64,000 nucleotides of DNA from Octopus sinensis (lineage: Eukaryota): positions 35,898,001 through 35,962,000 of the forward strand of contig NC_043010.1 of assembly GCF_006345805.1 (NCBI RefSeq), given 5' to 3'. Under the pieces are notes generated by a model. It did not search any database. It was given only the letters and a program-made list of their open reading frames with translations, and was not told where the DNA came from. Both the position numbers and the translations under genes were made by a program. Positions 13,258-27,032 of the stretch are shown here, one piece after another; position 1 is the first letter of the stretch; every line of letters starts with the position of its first letter.

Positions 13258-14557
13258 TGTGTGTGTGTGTGTGTGTGTATCTTTTGCTTGTTTCATTGGA
13301 CTACATGGCTGCAAGGGGGTTTAGTCGCACAAATGGACACCGGGGCTTTTGTAAAGCCTTGTACTTATTTTATCGGTCTCTTTTGCCAAATCACCAGGTT
13401 ACGGGGACATACACAAACCAACGCCGGTTGTCAAGCAGCGCCAGGGAGACAAAGACAAAAACAATCATACACAGAAAGCCGGAAGAAATGCAGCTAAGCG
13501 TTTTCTCCGGCGTGCTAACGATTCTGCCAGCTCGCCGCCTCAATAATAATTCTTTTTAAGAATTATTCTAATAGGGCGGTGAGCTGGTAGAATCGTTAGC
13601 ATTTCGGGTGAAGTGCTTAGCAGTATTTCGTCTACCGTTACGTCGGGGTCGATTAAATAAGTACCAGTTACGCACCAGTGTTATCGACTTAATCCCTTTG
13701 TCTGTCCTTGTTTGTCCCCTCTATGTTTAGCCCCTTGTGGGCAACAAAGAAATAAATAATTCCTTCAAAGGTGGCGAGCTGGCAGAAACGTTAACACGGG
13801 GGACGAAATGCGAGCGGTATTTCGTCTGCCGCTACGTTCTGAGTTCAAATTGCGCCGAGGTCGACTTTGCCTTTCATCCTTTCGGATTCGATAAATCTAA
13901 TCAACTGGCCCCCTCCCCAAAATTTCGGGCCTTGTGCCTAGAGTAGAAAAGTATAACAATTCTTTCTACTATAGGCAATGATCAGACAGATTCACCCTAG
14001 CTACTCTATTTGAAGATGAGGTCGCCATTGCCGTCCCAGTGATCCAATGTGCCTTTTTGTGTGTGTGTGTGTGTGGTGGTGGTGGTGGGCTAGTTATAAA
14101 ATGGATGTAGAACAAAAAGGGAGACTTTTACCTGTTGCCGCTGGCACACACGCACTCGCACGTACACGCACACGCACACACTAACACATATAAATCTGCA
14201 CGCGAGTATACTGATTATTCTCTCGGCTTCAAGAAAACATCATCTTTAATATTTCGGTTGTAAAATAATGAGTATAAATGAAACAAAATACGAAGAAACG
14301 TTTAGCATCAAATAATTTTATATGAGGTTGTTATCAAAATAGTGTAATCGCCAGAGTATCATGCCCATCGTCGCCGTGGCTGTCGTCATCATCACCACCA
14401 TTATCATCATCACTATCATCGTCATCCTCCTCCTCATCATCACCGTCATCACCATCATCATCATCATCATCATCATCTTTATCATCATCATCATCATCAT
14501 CATCATCATCTTCATCATCATCATCATCATCATCATCAACACCACCACCACCATCAG

Positions 14558-14589
<32 letters not shown>

Positions 14590-14822
14590 TTGAAGTCGTC
14601 GTTCTCGTCATCGTTGTCGTCATCATCATCATCATCCTCCCTGACATTCGTTTCTCCACCCCACTCACTTCACACATCGCCATTGGAATGAACTTCGAGC
14701 CAAAGAGGGAACCTCTACCTACTCTCTTAATATGCTACAAATAGCTGTTAAATCTCCCTCAAATCACACCATACTACCACTAAAAGAAGAAGGGAAATGT
14801 TATTAGTTAATATAGTCAGTGA

Positions 14823-15228
14823 TGTAGAGGCGCAATGGCCCAGTGGTTAGGACAGCGGACTCACGGTCGTAGGATCTCGGTTTCGATTCCCAGACCGGGC
14901 GTAGTGAGTGTTTATTAAGCGAAAACACTTAAAGCTCCACGAATCTCCGGCAGGGTGGGTGGGGTGACGAACCCTGCTGTACTCTTTCACCACAACTTGC
15001 TTTCACTCTTTCTTCCTGTTTCTGATGTACCTGTATTTCAAAGAGCCAACCTTGTCACTCTCTGTGTCACGCTGAATCTCCCCGAGAACTACGTTAAGGG
15101 TACACCTGTCTATGGGATGCTCAGCCACTTACACGCTTATTTCACGAGCAGGCTGTTCCGCTGATTGGATCAAATGGAACCCACGTCGTCGTAACCGACT
15201 GAGTGCCGTAGTAGTCTGTGATACTTCT
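14823..15228 (+). mobile_element. SINE family F3 (tRNA-Arg-like head, tail GTCGTCGTAACCGACGGAGTGCC); other copies ~920-1225(-), 6290-6675(-), 16275-16800(-, interrupted), 17352-17650, 27893-28200, 28420-28712(-), 46045-46330
   Basis: TGGCCCAGTGGTTAG A-box, GTTTCGATTCC B-box, shared body. Confidence 0.85.
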
Positions 15229-17034
15229 GAAAATGCGACGAGATAGTCGTAGCTGGAAGACTTTTGGTCATAAATCTCTTCGACATCGACAAGAGTTCGG
15301 TCTGGTCTAAACCAAGGCTTCTCAAACTATCTGATGTGGTGTACCGGCAGTTTTATTTTTCCAATGTGCCAGGGACCGATAATATTTCTTAGTAATATTA
15401 ATTTATACTGGAAGCAATATATATAATGAATATAATAAAAGTTGACAATTTTTATTATCTTGTTTTTATTTTGTAAACAAATGATACAATATTACATAAG
15501 CATTTAATAAGCATTTTATAAGCATTTGATAATGTTCCTTTCTTTTCTGGAAACTCGCCGCATACCGACAGCTGATGGCTCGCGGACCACCACTTTAAGT
15601 AGCACTGGCCTAAACAACAACACCAACACTTTCATTCCTACCACTACCACCACAACAACCAACACACCCATCACCATGATCGCCAAAACTAACATCACCG
15701 AACCAACGAGGAAGGTCTTCACGTTGTCACTCTGCATTGCGGAAATAATAACCAAATCTCCTTCATATAACACCATAATGTCTTTATTTTAAAAAATCAT
15801 ATTTGATAATGTAGGCCAGAGTATACTATGTTCTTGTTGTTGTTTGTTCCTTCTCGAGCCATGCCTTGTTCATAAGGGCCGATTCCCCGGTTTCCTTGGC
15901 GTATAGGTTCCCCACCTGGACGGGACGCCGGTCCGTCGCAGGCGAGCTGCTAGATGCAGGAGGAAAGAATTAGAGAAAGTTGTGGCGAAAGAATCAGCAG
16001 AAGTTCGCCATTACCTTCTGTCGGAGCCGCGTGGAGCTTAGGTGTTTCGCTCATAAACATACACATCGCCCGGTCTGAGATTCGAACCCGCGATCCCTCG
16101 ACCGCACGTCCGCTGCTCTAACTATTAGGCCATGTGCCTCCACTAGGTTATACTATGCCAAACAAAAAAAGACGGCATGATCATTGTTTGACTACCTTTG
16201 GTCATTGGTTGAGGCAAAACACCTACAACATTATCGTCGTCATAATACTGATACCGTTAGAGCATCGACCATTAAGCTGGCACTCCGTCGGTTACGACGA
16301 CGAGTCTTCCAGTTGATCCGATCAACGGAACAGCCTGCTCCTGAAATTAACATGCAAGTGGCTGAGCACTCCACAGACATGTGTATCTTTAACGTAATTC
16401 TGAAGGATACACAGCGTGATACAGAATGTGACAAGGCGTATAGGTTCCCCATAGAATCGTTAGCGCGCCGGGCGAAATGCTTAGCGGTATTTCGTCTGTC
16501 GTTACGTTCTGAGTTCAAATTCCGCCGAGGTCGACTTTGCTTTCATCCTTTCGGGGTCGATAAACAAAGTATCAGTTTCGCACTGGGGTCGATGTAATCG
16601 ACTTAATCCCTTTGTCTGTCCTCGTTTGTCCCCTCTGTGTGTAGCACCTTGTGGGCAATAAAGAAATATACAGAATGTGACAAGGCTGACAGTGAAATAA
16701 AGTATCTTGCACAAGGACACAACGCGCCGCCGAGAATCGAACTCACGACCTTACGACCATGAACCGAATATCCTAACCACTTAGCCACGCGCCTTCACAT
16801 TGACTATTACTAGATTTATAACCAAGAGACTTTACATTGCTCCCGTCATCCACTCAGCTGGCAAAAATGAGTTGTACCTGTATTTTGAAAGGGCCAGCCT
16901 TGTCACACGCAGTATGAATCTCTCTGAGAACTACGTTAAGGGTACATGTGTCTGTGGAGTGCTCAGCCACTTGCACGTTAATTGGATCAACTGGAACCCT
17001 CGTCGTCGTAACCGAGAGAGTGGCATATGTGTGT

Positions 17035-17086
<52 letters not shown>

Positions 17087-17253
17087 AAAATTGATAATAG
17101 AAGGGCAAAATTTATTAATTAATTAATTAATTAATTAATCAATCAATTAATTAACAATTTTACTAAGTAGTTCGGTACGTTAAAATAACCTTTATAGGTA
17201 AAATTAGTCACGTAATTATAATTAGTTAGCTGAACCTGAATTATAATTATATA

Positions 17254-17289
<36 letters not shown>

Positions 17290-17662
17290 TGTATGTATGT
17301 ATGTATGATGTATGTATGTATGTATGTATTATGTATGTATGTATGCATGTATGTGTGAAGGCGCGTGGCTTAGTGGTTAGGGCATTCGGCTCACGATGGT
17401 AAGATCGTGAGTTCAATTAAGGACACGTGTTGTGTCCTTAAGCAAGACACTTTATCTCACATTGCTCCAGTCCACTCTGCTGACAAAAATGAGTAGTACC
17501 TGTATTCTAAAGGGCCAGCCTTGTTACACTCTGTGTCACGCTGAATCCCCCTGAGAACTACGTTAAGGGTACACATGTCTGTGGAATGCTCAGCCATTTC
17601 ACGAGAAAGCTGTTCTGTTGATCGTATCAGCCGGGACCCTCGTCGTCGTATAATACGTCGAA

Positions 17663-17696
<34 letters not shown>

Positions 17697-18519
17697 TGTG
17701 CTTGCATACATACCACATTCCGGTACTAGACACAACGTAAAGAGACGTGTAATCAGCAGCTGCCTGCAAAACGCTTTCAAACTATTGTCTTTCTATGCAA
17801 CTTGACGTTCCGGTTAAAACAATATACAATCTCACTCTTGGGAAGGAGTGCCCTTGGATAAATATAATAAACACAATTGGCACTGAGTACATTTCGTAGT
17901 TTTCGACATAACGAACATTGGTGGAATATTTCAATCGAAACTTTTCCTCCGGGTGCAAATACGCAACAGGCCTAACACGGTTGTCTTGTGGTTTGGATCA
18001 GAAAACAAAAGCCACGTACAGCTCTGGATATTTGCTTCCCTGTGGATTATGGATATGTCTTTTGAATTGAGTGGGAAAAGGCGGACAGTGTTCATGGGGG
18101 GGGGTTGATTAGGGGCAGGCAGGGCTTCGTGGTTAAGAAGCTCCTTTAGCAACTACATAGTTTCGGGTTCAGTGTCACTGCGCGGTATCTTGGGCGAGTG
18201 CCTTCTACAGTATAGCCCTAAGCTAACTAAAGTCTCGAGAGTGAATTTGGGTAACGGAAACTGTGTGGAAGCCCATCGAGCACACACATAAATAATGTCT
18301 GTCTGTCCGTCTCTCTTTGCGTCTGTTCGTCCCCCATCACTGGTGTTTGGTCTGTTTACGTCCCTGTAAACTAGCGGTTCGGCAAAAGGTTCCGACAGAA
18401 TAAGTACTGGACTTTAAGGAAATGAGTACTGGGGACGATCTATTCGACTAAAAAAGCCTTTCGGGATGGTGCCCCAACATGGCCGCAGTCCAATAACTGA
18501 AACAACTAAAAGACAAAAG

Positions 18520-18720
18520 ATACCTACTTCTTTACCCAGAATACAAATCCATATTTGTGCCTTTAATCCTTGGTGCCCTTGGTCAAATTACGCAGTGCTT
18601 AAGGAAGCATCTCGAGAAGTTGGGGTTTCAAAGCCCCTATAAAAGACCAGCTAAGTCGTATTCTGCGTAAAATAATTTGTTAGCGGAATATTCAAGATAT
18701 GCAAGATTTTTCCATTAAGA
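18520..18720 (+). mobile_element. Second REL-endonuclease-type non-LTR 3' fragment
   Basis: LLYPEYKSIFVPLILGALGQITQCLRKHLEKLGF; same P-I/L-x-x-GALG motif. Confidence 0.55.
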
Positions 18721-19061
18721 AACATGTTGTTAATGTCTGAATTCTAATAAGAAATAATTGTTTCTAAGCCAGAAAACACGCTATGCATTATCAGATAAAT
18801 GTAAAGAAATTAAAAAGAAAAATAACACACACTCGCACAATCAATACAGCTGTCAACTGTCCCACATACGCATGCAACAAGATTTGTCATGATTTCTTCG
18901 AATCCTTCCACATCATATCACTATTCGCTATTGTGTTGTGTTCTGGCAAATTTTTTAAAATAAAATATTTAAAACAAAAAACTGTTCAACTTGCTTTTAT
19001 ATTTCATAAAAACATTGCTTCTCTTTCTTTCTTTCTTTCTTCCTTTCTTTCTTTCTTTTTT

Positions 19062-19092
<31 letters not shown>

Positions 19093-19634
19093 TCTCTCAC
19101 TCTCACTCTCTCTTTCTCTGTCGCAGGTGAGTGAATGATAGCGTAGAAAGGTGAAAACGGAAAAGAGAAATAGTCGGCTGTCACCGAGCACTCAGGCGAG
19201 CAGATTGTGAAATATAGGAAGATATGAAAGAAAAAGAGTGAAGGGGGCGATAGAGCGAGTAAGTAATAAAATAAGAAAAGAGATACAGAAAGACGAATGA
19301 TTGAGCTCGACATTGATATACAGGCAGTGAATATACATTATAATGTTGATATACAGGCAGTGAATGGTGCAGAAAGGGAGAAAGAAGTAAGAAAGAAGAG
19401 ATAATGAGATAAGTGTGGGGTGAAGACGTGAAGAAATGAGAAATGAAAGTAGACTTTGATGAAGAGAATAAATAGAGGGACATATAAAAGGAAGAGTGGA
19501 AATAATGTAATATGAAATTGAGTAAGAATAATTGAGGAGTACAAGGTAGTGAGAGGTAGTGAGAGAATAAGGGACTAAAGAGTAGATTTTGCAAATATAC
19601 AACAGGTTCAAAACAAAGTTCTGGACTACAGAGA

Positions 19635-19883
19635 TATTTACATTATTTACATTCGACGGATATTTGTCCTCATCTTGTTTGTTGTTAACACAACGTTTCG
19701 GCTAATATACCCTCCAGCCTTCTTCAGGTGTCTTGGAGAAATTTCGAACCTGAGTTCTCATTCCTAAGGTATTTTTCGATGTTATTATTATTATTATTGT
19801 TGTTGTTGTTCAGGTCACTGCTTGGAATCGAACTGGGAATCTTGGGGTTAGTAGCCCGCACTCTTAACCACTACGCCATATGC
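19635..19883 (-). mobile_element. tRNA-headed SINE-like element with internal (AAC/AAT)n and hammerhead-bearing tail
   Basis: A-box TGGCGTAGTGG, B-box GTTCGATTC, ends in a duplicated ATGTAAATA. Confidence 0.75.
19687..19732 (-). ncRNA. Minimal type I hammerhead ribozyme motif (Penelope-type) inside a tRNA-headed SINE
   Basis: GACAC-CUGAAGA-A-GGCU(12 nt)AGCC-GAAA-CG-UU-GUGUU; stem I and stem II pair; ACGU palindrome in place of helix III. Activity untested. Confidence 0.6.
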
Positions 19884-20399
19884 TCGACTCCCAGATGCAG
19901 GAAGAAGACGAAGTTCTCACAATAAGAAGTCACAATTTGGTGTGAATTAGAGAGGAGATGTACTTCAAGAAGAAATAGAAGCAATAGCCGAAGTCAAAAG
20001 AATAAAAATAATTGAAAGGAGACAAATGAAACCCATGAAGAAATGAAGTGAAGCTTGAGGGTGGGGAAAGATTACTAAAAGGAGATAGATAACCCCGTCG
20101 TTTTTTACGGGTACTATGCTTGTATGTGTGTTATGTGTGCGTGCGTGCGTGTGTATGTGTGAATATATGGGCATGCTAATGTGCAGATATGGGTATGCTA
20201 ATGTGCATTTTGTGGGTTCTTTATAATTATATCCAACAAAAATGGTAATAATGATTAGTATAAAAAAAAAAAGAATCTATTCCCAAACCAAGACTATATT
20301 TGTTGGGGTAAGAAGACAAGTGATATTTCTTATTGATTAGTGTCGATTTTCTTCATATTCGTTTCCATTCCACAGGACTTACTTTTGTCATTTAATGGA

Positions 20400-21065
20400 G
20401 CTAGATCTCTGTTAAAAATTAATAAGACCATCATCATTAGCCAGGTGCATACAATCAATGAGGCTCTTGTTTCCAGTCCATTCTTTGTTGTGGTCACTCT
20501 TGCTCTCTTGCTTTCTTCCTCTCCACACTTCTTGTCAGAATAGTCTTTGGAAATGACTCGTGGCGCATTGTATGTCCAAAATACTAAAGGTCTGAGGACC
20601 TGATTCTCGATAATAGTTTCCTTTGGACTTACAATTTTTCTAGTACTGCACTGTGAGTAAAACCTGTCTTTCCAGATATTTCTGCTCAAACTACGAAAGA
20701 TTCACCTTTCAAAGGCTTCCATCTTCATTTCTCTGTGCATTGTCTAAGTTGCTGCTCATTGGAAGGACAATTGGCAAAATGTAACAATTCACTAACCTCA
20801 ATTCTAGACACAGCGTTATGTCTTTTGACGTGAAAATCTGTTCATTCGCATAAATGTTGTTTTAGCCTTATTAATTCATCGTGTCTGCATATTTAAAGTT
20901 GTTGATGATCCTAATTCCAAATGATATCTCTGGCATGTCTATTACTTCTTCGAAGGTCCCAGTGTAGATGTTAAAGAAACTAGAAAATAATACACAGCTT
21001 TGCCCAATTTCTTTCACAATCTTCCTTAACTTCTGAGTTTTTCCCCGTTCAGGTTTGCTCAAACA
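20400..21065 (-). mobile_element. Decayed RTE-like LINE, reverse transcriptase to 3' end
   Basis: GQSCVLFSSFFNIY...IINNFKYADT (Q-GC-LSP-LFNIY and YADD-like motifs); YFGHTMR-like segment downstream in another frame. Confidence 0.8.
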
Positions 21066-23159
21066 CCAAGCTGCTAGTCATTTGTTTTAATATTTAGAGG
21101 TTACTAAGGTGGCGAGCTGGCAGAAAAGTTAGCACGGCGGACGAAATACTTAGCGATATTTCGTCTGCCGTTATGTTCTGAGTTCAAATTCCTCCGAGGT
21201 CGACTTTGCTTTTCATCCTTTCGGGGTCGATAAATTAAGTACCAGTTACGCACTGGGGTCGATGTAATCGACTTAATCCCTTTGTCTGTCCTTGTTTGTT
21301 CCCTCTATGTTTAGCCCCTTGTGGGCAATAAAGAAACTTTAAAGTTATTGTCAACCCTTTCCTTGTAAAAATTAATATATATATATATATATATATATAT
21401 CCATTTATCTATTCCTCTTTCTGTTTATACAACTATAAATTTATATCTAGTTAGATATCCATCCATCTATCTATCTATAAACAAATTTATATGTGGAGAC
21501 TGAATGATTGAAGGATAAATATAAAGATAAATGGATATATATACATATAGACACACATATATACACATACATGCACCCACACATACATGTATACACATAT
21601 ATGCATATCTATCTATTTATGTATCTCCCCCTCTATATATATATGTGTGTGTGCGTATGTGTGTGTGTGTGTGTGTGTATTTATGTACTGATTTATTCAC
21701 TGTCTGTGTATCTATTGACACGCACAAACACATATCAAATACATGCATGCATATATGTATGTATGTGTGTGTGTTTATGTATGTATGTAGTATGTATGTA
21801 TGTATGTATGTATGTATGTATGTATGTATAAATATATGTGTGCGTATTTATAGGTATCGTGTATGTATATATGTATGTAGGTAGGTATATGTGTGTATGT
21901 GTATATATATATGAGAGAGAGAGAGGGGATATATAGATAGATAGATAGATAGATAGATATGCATATATGTGTGTATATGTGTGTGTGTGTCTGTATGTAT
22001 ATATGTCCATTTATCTTTATATTTATCCTTCAATCTTTCAGTCTCCCTCCACCCCCTCCCATCCCCTTCCATCCCCTCCCATCTCCTCCTCCTCCTCCCC
22101 CTCACAACTTTTGCTCAGAGTAAACAAGCACATTAAATGCTAATTTGTTTGGACGCAGCGGTGGTTGGGGGCGTGGGGGTGGCGGTGACGGTGGCGGTGG
22201 AGATATGAAGGTGTGTGTGGGTAACTTTGGTTGGTTTGACAGTGGGAGGGAGGGAAATTTCTGAGGGTAGGGTAGAATGAGGGTGGATGGATGGATAAGT
22301 TGATCGTGCGGTGGGCGTGAGTTGGTAAACTGAAACCGACGTTAACCTTTTAATTTTCGTTCTCCTCTGGAATAGAAAAAAAAAACAAAAAGAAAATGAA
22401 AAAAGACTCCACTACTACTAATAATAAACAATTATGTTTTTTCTTTAATTGCTACAAGAGCACCGAATGAGAGATACTATAGAAACGAAAAACGAAAGTA
22501 TAAAGAAGTGGTGGAGTGTCTTACATCTACTAAAATAATATAAAGATGTGTGGTAAGTAGCTTGTTTACCAACCACATGGTTCCGGGTTCAGTCCCACTT
22601 GTGAGTGGATTTGGTAGACGGAAACTGAAAGAAGCCCGTCGTATATATGTATATATATATACATATATATATATATATGCGTGTGTGTGTTTGTGCGTCT
22701 GTGTTTGTCCCCCTAGCATTGCTTGACAACCGATGCTGGTGTGTTTATGTCCCCCGTCACTTAGCGGTTCGGCAAAAGAGACCGATAGAATAAGTACTGG
22801 ACTTACAAAAAAATAAGTCCTGGGGTCGATTTACTCGACTAGAAGGCGGTGCTCCAGCATGGCCGCAGTCAAATGACTGAAACAAGTAAAAGAGTAAAGA
22901 GTAAAGAGTATATCAGGTTATGAAAATCACTAAACAAATCCTTCCTGCTATAGGTACACAAGGCCGGAAATTTTGGCGGGAGGGGACAAGTCGATAACAT
23001 CGACTCCACTGTGCAACTGGTACTTAATTTATCGACGTCGAAAGAATGAAAAGCAAAGTCGACCTCGGCGGAATTTGAACTCAGAACGTTAAAGACGGAC
23101 GAAATAATGCTAAGCATTTTTGCCCGTTGTGCTAACGATTCTGCCAGCTCGCCGCCTTA

Positions 23160-23183
23160 ATAATGAAGATGATGATGATGATG

Positions 23184-23248
<65 letters not shown>

Positions 23249-23548
23249 GACCTGGAAATAGAGGTAACTAGAATGTGGAATCTGAAAACAGAAACAATTC
23301 CTATCATAGTAGGTGCATTAGGCATGATAAAAAAATATTCAGACAAATACATAACAAAAACACCAGGACTACAAACACATATAACATACAGAAAATTGCA
23401 CGACTAGGCACTGCACACATCCTACGCAGAACACTTTCCATACAATAAACATCAGAGCATCACAACAAATCACAGCACATACCCAAGGCACACAGAGCTG
23501 CGCTCGGTAGTGAAGTGAAAGCACGCTATAAAAATAAAAATAAAACTA

Positions 23549-23600
<52 letters not shown>

Positions 23601-23609
23601 TAAAATAAA

Positions 23610-23684
<75 letters not shown>

Positions 23685-23703
23685 AATGATAACGATAATG
23701 ATA

Positions 23704-23735
<32 letters not shown>

Positions 23736-23755
23736 AATTAATAATAATAATAATC

Positions 23756-23796
<41 letters not shown>

Positions 23797-24033
23797 AATG
23801 ATGATGATAATAACAACAACAACAACAATAATAACAACAACAATAATGATGAAGATTTCTTTATAAACCACAAGAGTTTACATTAAGAAAAACATTATGG
23901 ATAGTACAGGTCAAAACAAAGAATGTGTGTGTGTGTATGTGTGTGCGTGTTTGTTGTGAAGGTTTTGCGTGTGAAACAAGACCAACAAAATTTTTTAAAA
24001 TCAACAATGTGTGATCCTCAAGTGCTGCTCATG

Positions 24034-24107
<74 letters not shown>

Positions 24108-24183
24108 CAACAACAACAATAATAACAATAATAATAATAATAATAATAACAACAACAACAACAACAACAACAATAATAATAGC

Positions 24184-24214
<31 letters not shown>

Positions 24215-24270
24215 TAATAATAATAACGATAATGATAATGATGATGATAATAGTAATAATAATAATTTGG
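23160..24270. repeat. Large compound (AAT/AAC/GAT)n microsatellite field; other major fields: (TA)n 3225-3490, (CT)/(AGAT)/(GGAT) 5640-7060, (CAT)n 14360-14640, (TACA)n 26480-27120 and 29490-30130, (GGT/CCT/CAT)n 31300-32100, (TA/CA)n 47915-48300
   Basis: Direct reading; these generate most of the ORFs in the supplied track. Confidence 0.95.
23246..23551 (+). mobile_element. 3' fragment of an R4/Dong-like non-LTR retrotransposon
   Basis: KDLEIEVTRMWNLKTETIPIIVGALG (C-terminal restriction-like endonuclease region), (AAT)n on both sides. Confidence 0.75.
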
Positions 24271-24623
24271 GGGGTAAAAAAAGGGCATCGGAGGGGGCAA
24301 TGTATACCCTTCGAGCACAGACTTTTCGAAAATTATAGCGTTGCTTACGATGAGCTGGTTACCCACACTTTTTAGTTGGACTGAGTTAATACGTGTCTAC
24401 GCGCATAGGTACACCATGATCTATACACATGCAGACGAAGATCGATTCCTATGAAAAAGAGAGTGAACAAAATAATATGACACTTGCTTATCAGAATATT
24501 TGTAAGTCCGATTAAAACTTTTTTTTTTCAAGTATCACCATTACAGGTATTTATACTTAGGTGAAATTAAGAAATCAAGTCGTAAATAAGCGAAACCCTC
24601 GGATCCATCGCTACACAGTCACA

Positions 24624-24657
<34 letters not shown>

Positions 24658-24859
24658 TATATGTATTTGTGTACGTACGTTGTATGTATGTATGTATGTA
24701 TGTATGTATGTATGTATGTATGTATGTGTGTATGTATGTATGTATGTATGTATGTATGTATGTATGTATGTATATACCCACGCGTGGTAGTAACCCACGG
24801 CAGTTAGTTACAGCAGACACCTTCCAAGATTTCGACAAACAAGTTCGGTGTGTATACGT

Positions 24860-25670
24860 AAAGTTCGTGAGGCAGATCATTCAAACCAGATGATTTGCCC
24901 CTCACGCATCCTCTTGCTATCGACTGCATATATTGCTATCAACCTTTTGCTTACCTTTGAGTTTTCTACCAGAGATGAAAAACCATCAAAATAATTATTA
25001 AAGTCCACTACTGTATCAGGCCCTTGGCTGGTGTCGCTTAATCTATACTGAGAAAAGTAGTGCTGGAAAGCTACGCTCACCTACCTGGAATTGTGTAGTT
25101 GGTGTTCATTCTAGTCCATCAAAGATGGTCCCAATTCGCGCCTCTGTCATCTGAGTCCATCAAATGGTTTTCCGTCTATCGTGTCTAAGACCATGCACCG
25201 TAGCCCCGACAGTGATAACACAGTGTTTTGTGTTGCAGAAATGGTCAATGGTGAAGAGTCATTCTCTACACTAACACATGGGTCCCGATGCCTTTCCTTA
25301 TCGCTTCTTCTAATTTTCTTCCTTACATCTTCTCTAATTGATTTTCTCTACTGCTACTTATTTGCTAAATCTTATCGATTCTACTCTAACCGCCCTCTTG
25401 AGAGCGTCCGTCATCGGTTTTTGCCAATTGTCTGAGTAACTAATTTAGTAGCCGTAAACTTGTGTTTCCAGTAACCAAGATTCTAATCTACTTTGGATGG
25501 TTGTGCAGATCCCAAATTCGTCAGCTGTGTTGCTGGCCAATTGAAATTGCAGCACTTTATGTTTAATACATCCGGTGACTTAACAAATACTTTCTTTGGA
25601 TGCGATTTGGATGAACCATTAGTTGTGTATTGAAGATACTGTGTCGACCGGGGGTTTGTACTGTTTGTCA
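24860..25670 (-). mobile_element. Heavily decayed LINE ORF2 fragment
   Basis: GKASGP and VVDFNNYFD (weak KAPGPDG and DFxKAFD equivalents) among many stops. Confidence 0.35.
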
Positions 25671-25765
25671 AGTCACAGCAAAAACCTCAGACAGACAGTA
25701 CTTTAAGCAATATACATGCAGTTCCAAGCAATACCGACTTTTGCAATACATCTAAATTGTATCTC

Positions 25766-25814
<49 letters not shown>

Positions 25815-26184
25815 TCCACACTAGCAAATCCATTTAATTCTAGCCAGATTGTAGGGTCCGTTTTGCGAGGATTTTACATACACCTTTCTCCTATCAGCAC
25901 TCCACACACATACACACTCCCAGTGTGCGTCTAACATACCTTTCCTCTCTCCCACAAATGTTGAAGCAACCTGGATTTGGAAGAAATCATAACAAAAAAC
26001 CCAATACCAGACATTCTAAAGCGGGAATTTGTCGAGGTGGTTTTTCCCTTCCATGCTAAACTGTATAAATAAGGAATTGAAACCGGATTCTTTACCTTAA
26101 CAACGTTCGTTCACCATATCTTTCATTTCGAAAAGGAAATGTCGTTTTGAGATTTTTTTTTTTATTTTGTGCATATATGTGTGT

Positions 26185-26447
26185 GTGGAGGTGCGTGGCT
26201 TAGTGGTTAAGGTGTCAGCATCATGATCGTAAGATTGTGGTTTCGATTCCTGGACCGGGCGACGCGTTGTGCTCTTGAGCAAAACACTTCATTTCACGTT
26301 GCTCCAGTCCACTCAGCTGGCAAAAATGAGTAACGCTGCGATGGACTGGCGTCTCGTCCAGCTGGGGAACACATACGCCATTGAAACCGGGAAACCGGGC
26401 CCATGAGCCTGGCTAGGCTTTAAAAGGGCGCAAGAGCAAGAGAAGAG
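26185..26447 (+). mobile_element. SINE family F4 (same head type, V-domain-like CTGCGATGGACTGGCGTCTCGTCCAG); other copies ~15850-16142(-), 37245-37480, 40512-40812
   Basis: Shared head and tail; near-TSD gcatatat(g/t)tgtgt. The V-domain label is from memory. Confidence 0.8.
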
Positions 26448-26899
26448 CATATATTTGTGTGCCTTGTGTTCGCATGATGTGTGTTTATACATACATACAT
26501 ACACACACACATACATACATACAGACATACAGACATATATACATACATACATACACACACATACATATATATACACACACACATACATACATGCATGCAT
26601 ACATACATACATACACATACATACATACATACCTACATACACACATACATAAATACATACCTACATACATACATACACACACACATATATACACACACAT
26701 GCATACATGCAGACATATATGCACGCATACACACACATATGTATGCATGCATGTATATCTGTATATGTATGTATATGTGTGTGTGTGTGAGTGTGTATAC
26801 ACATACATACAAAATACATACATATATGCATGTATATATATGTATATATATATCTACACGTATATGTACATATATACGTATGTATTTATGTGTGTGTGT

Positions 26900-26941
<42 letters not shown>

Positions 26942-27032
26942 CTATTGTGTATGTATGTGTGTATGTATATATATGTATATATATATCTACACGTATATGT
27001 ACATATATACGTATGTATTTATGTGTGTGTGT

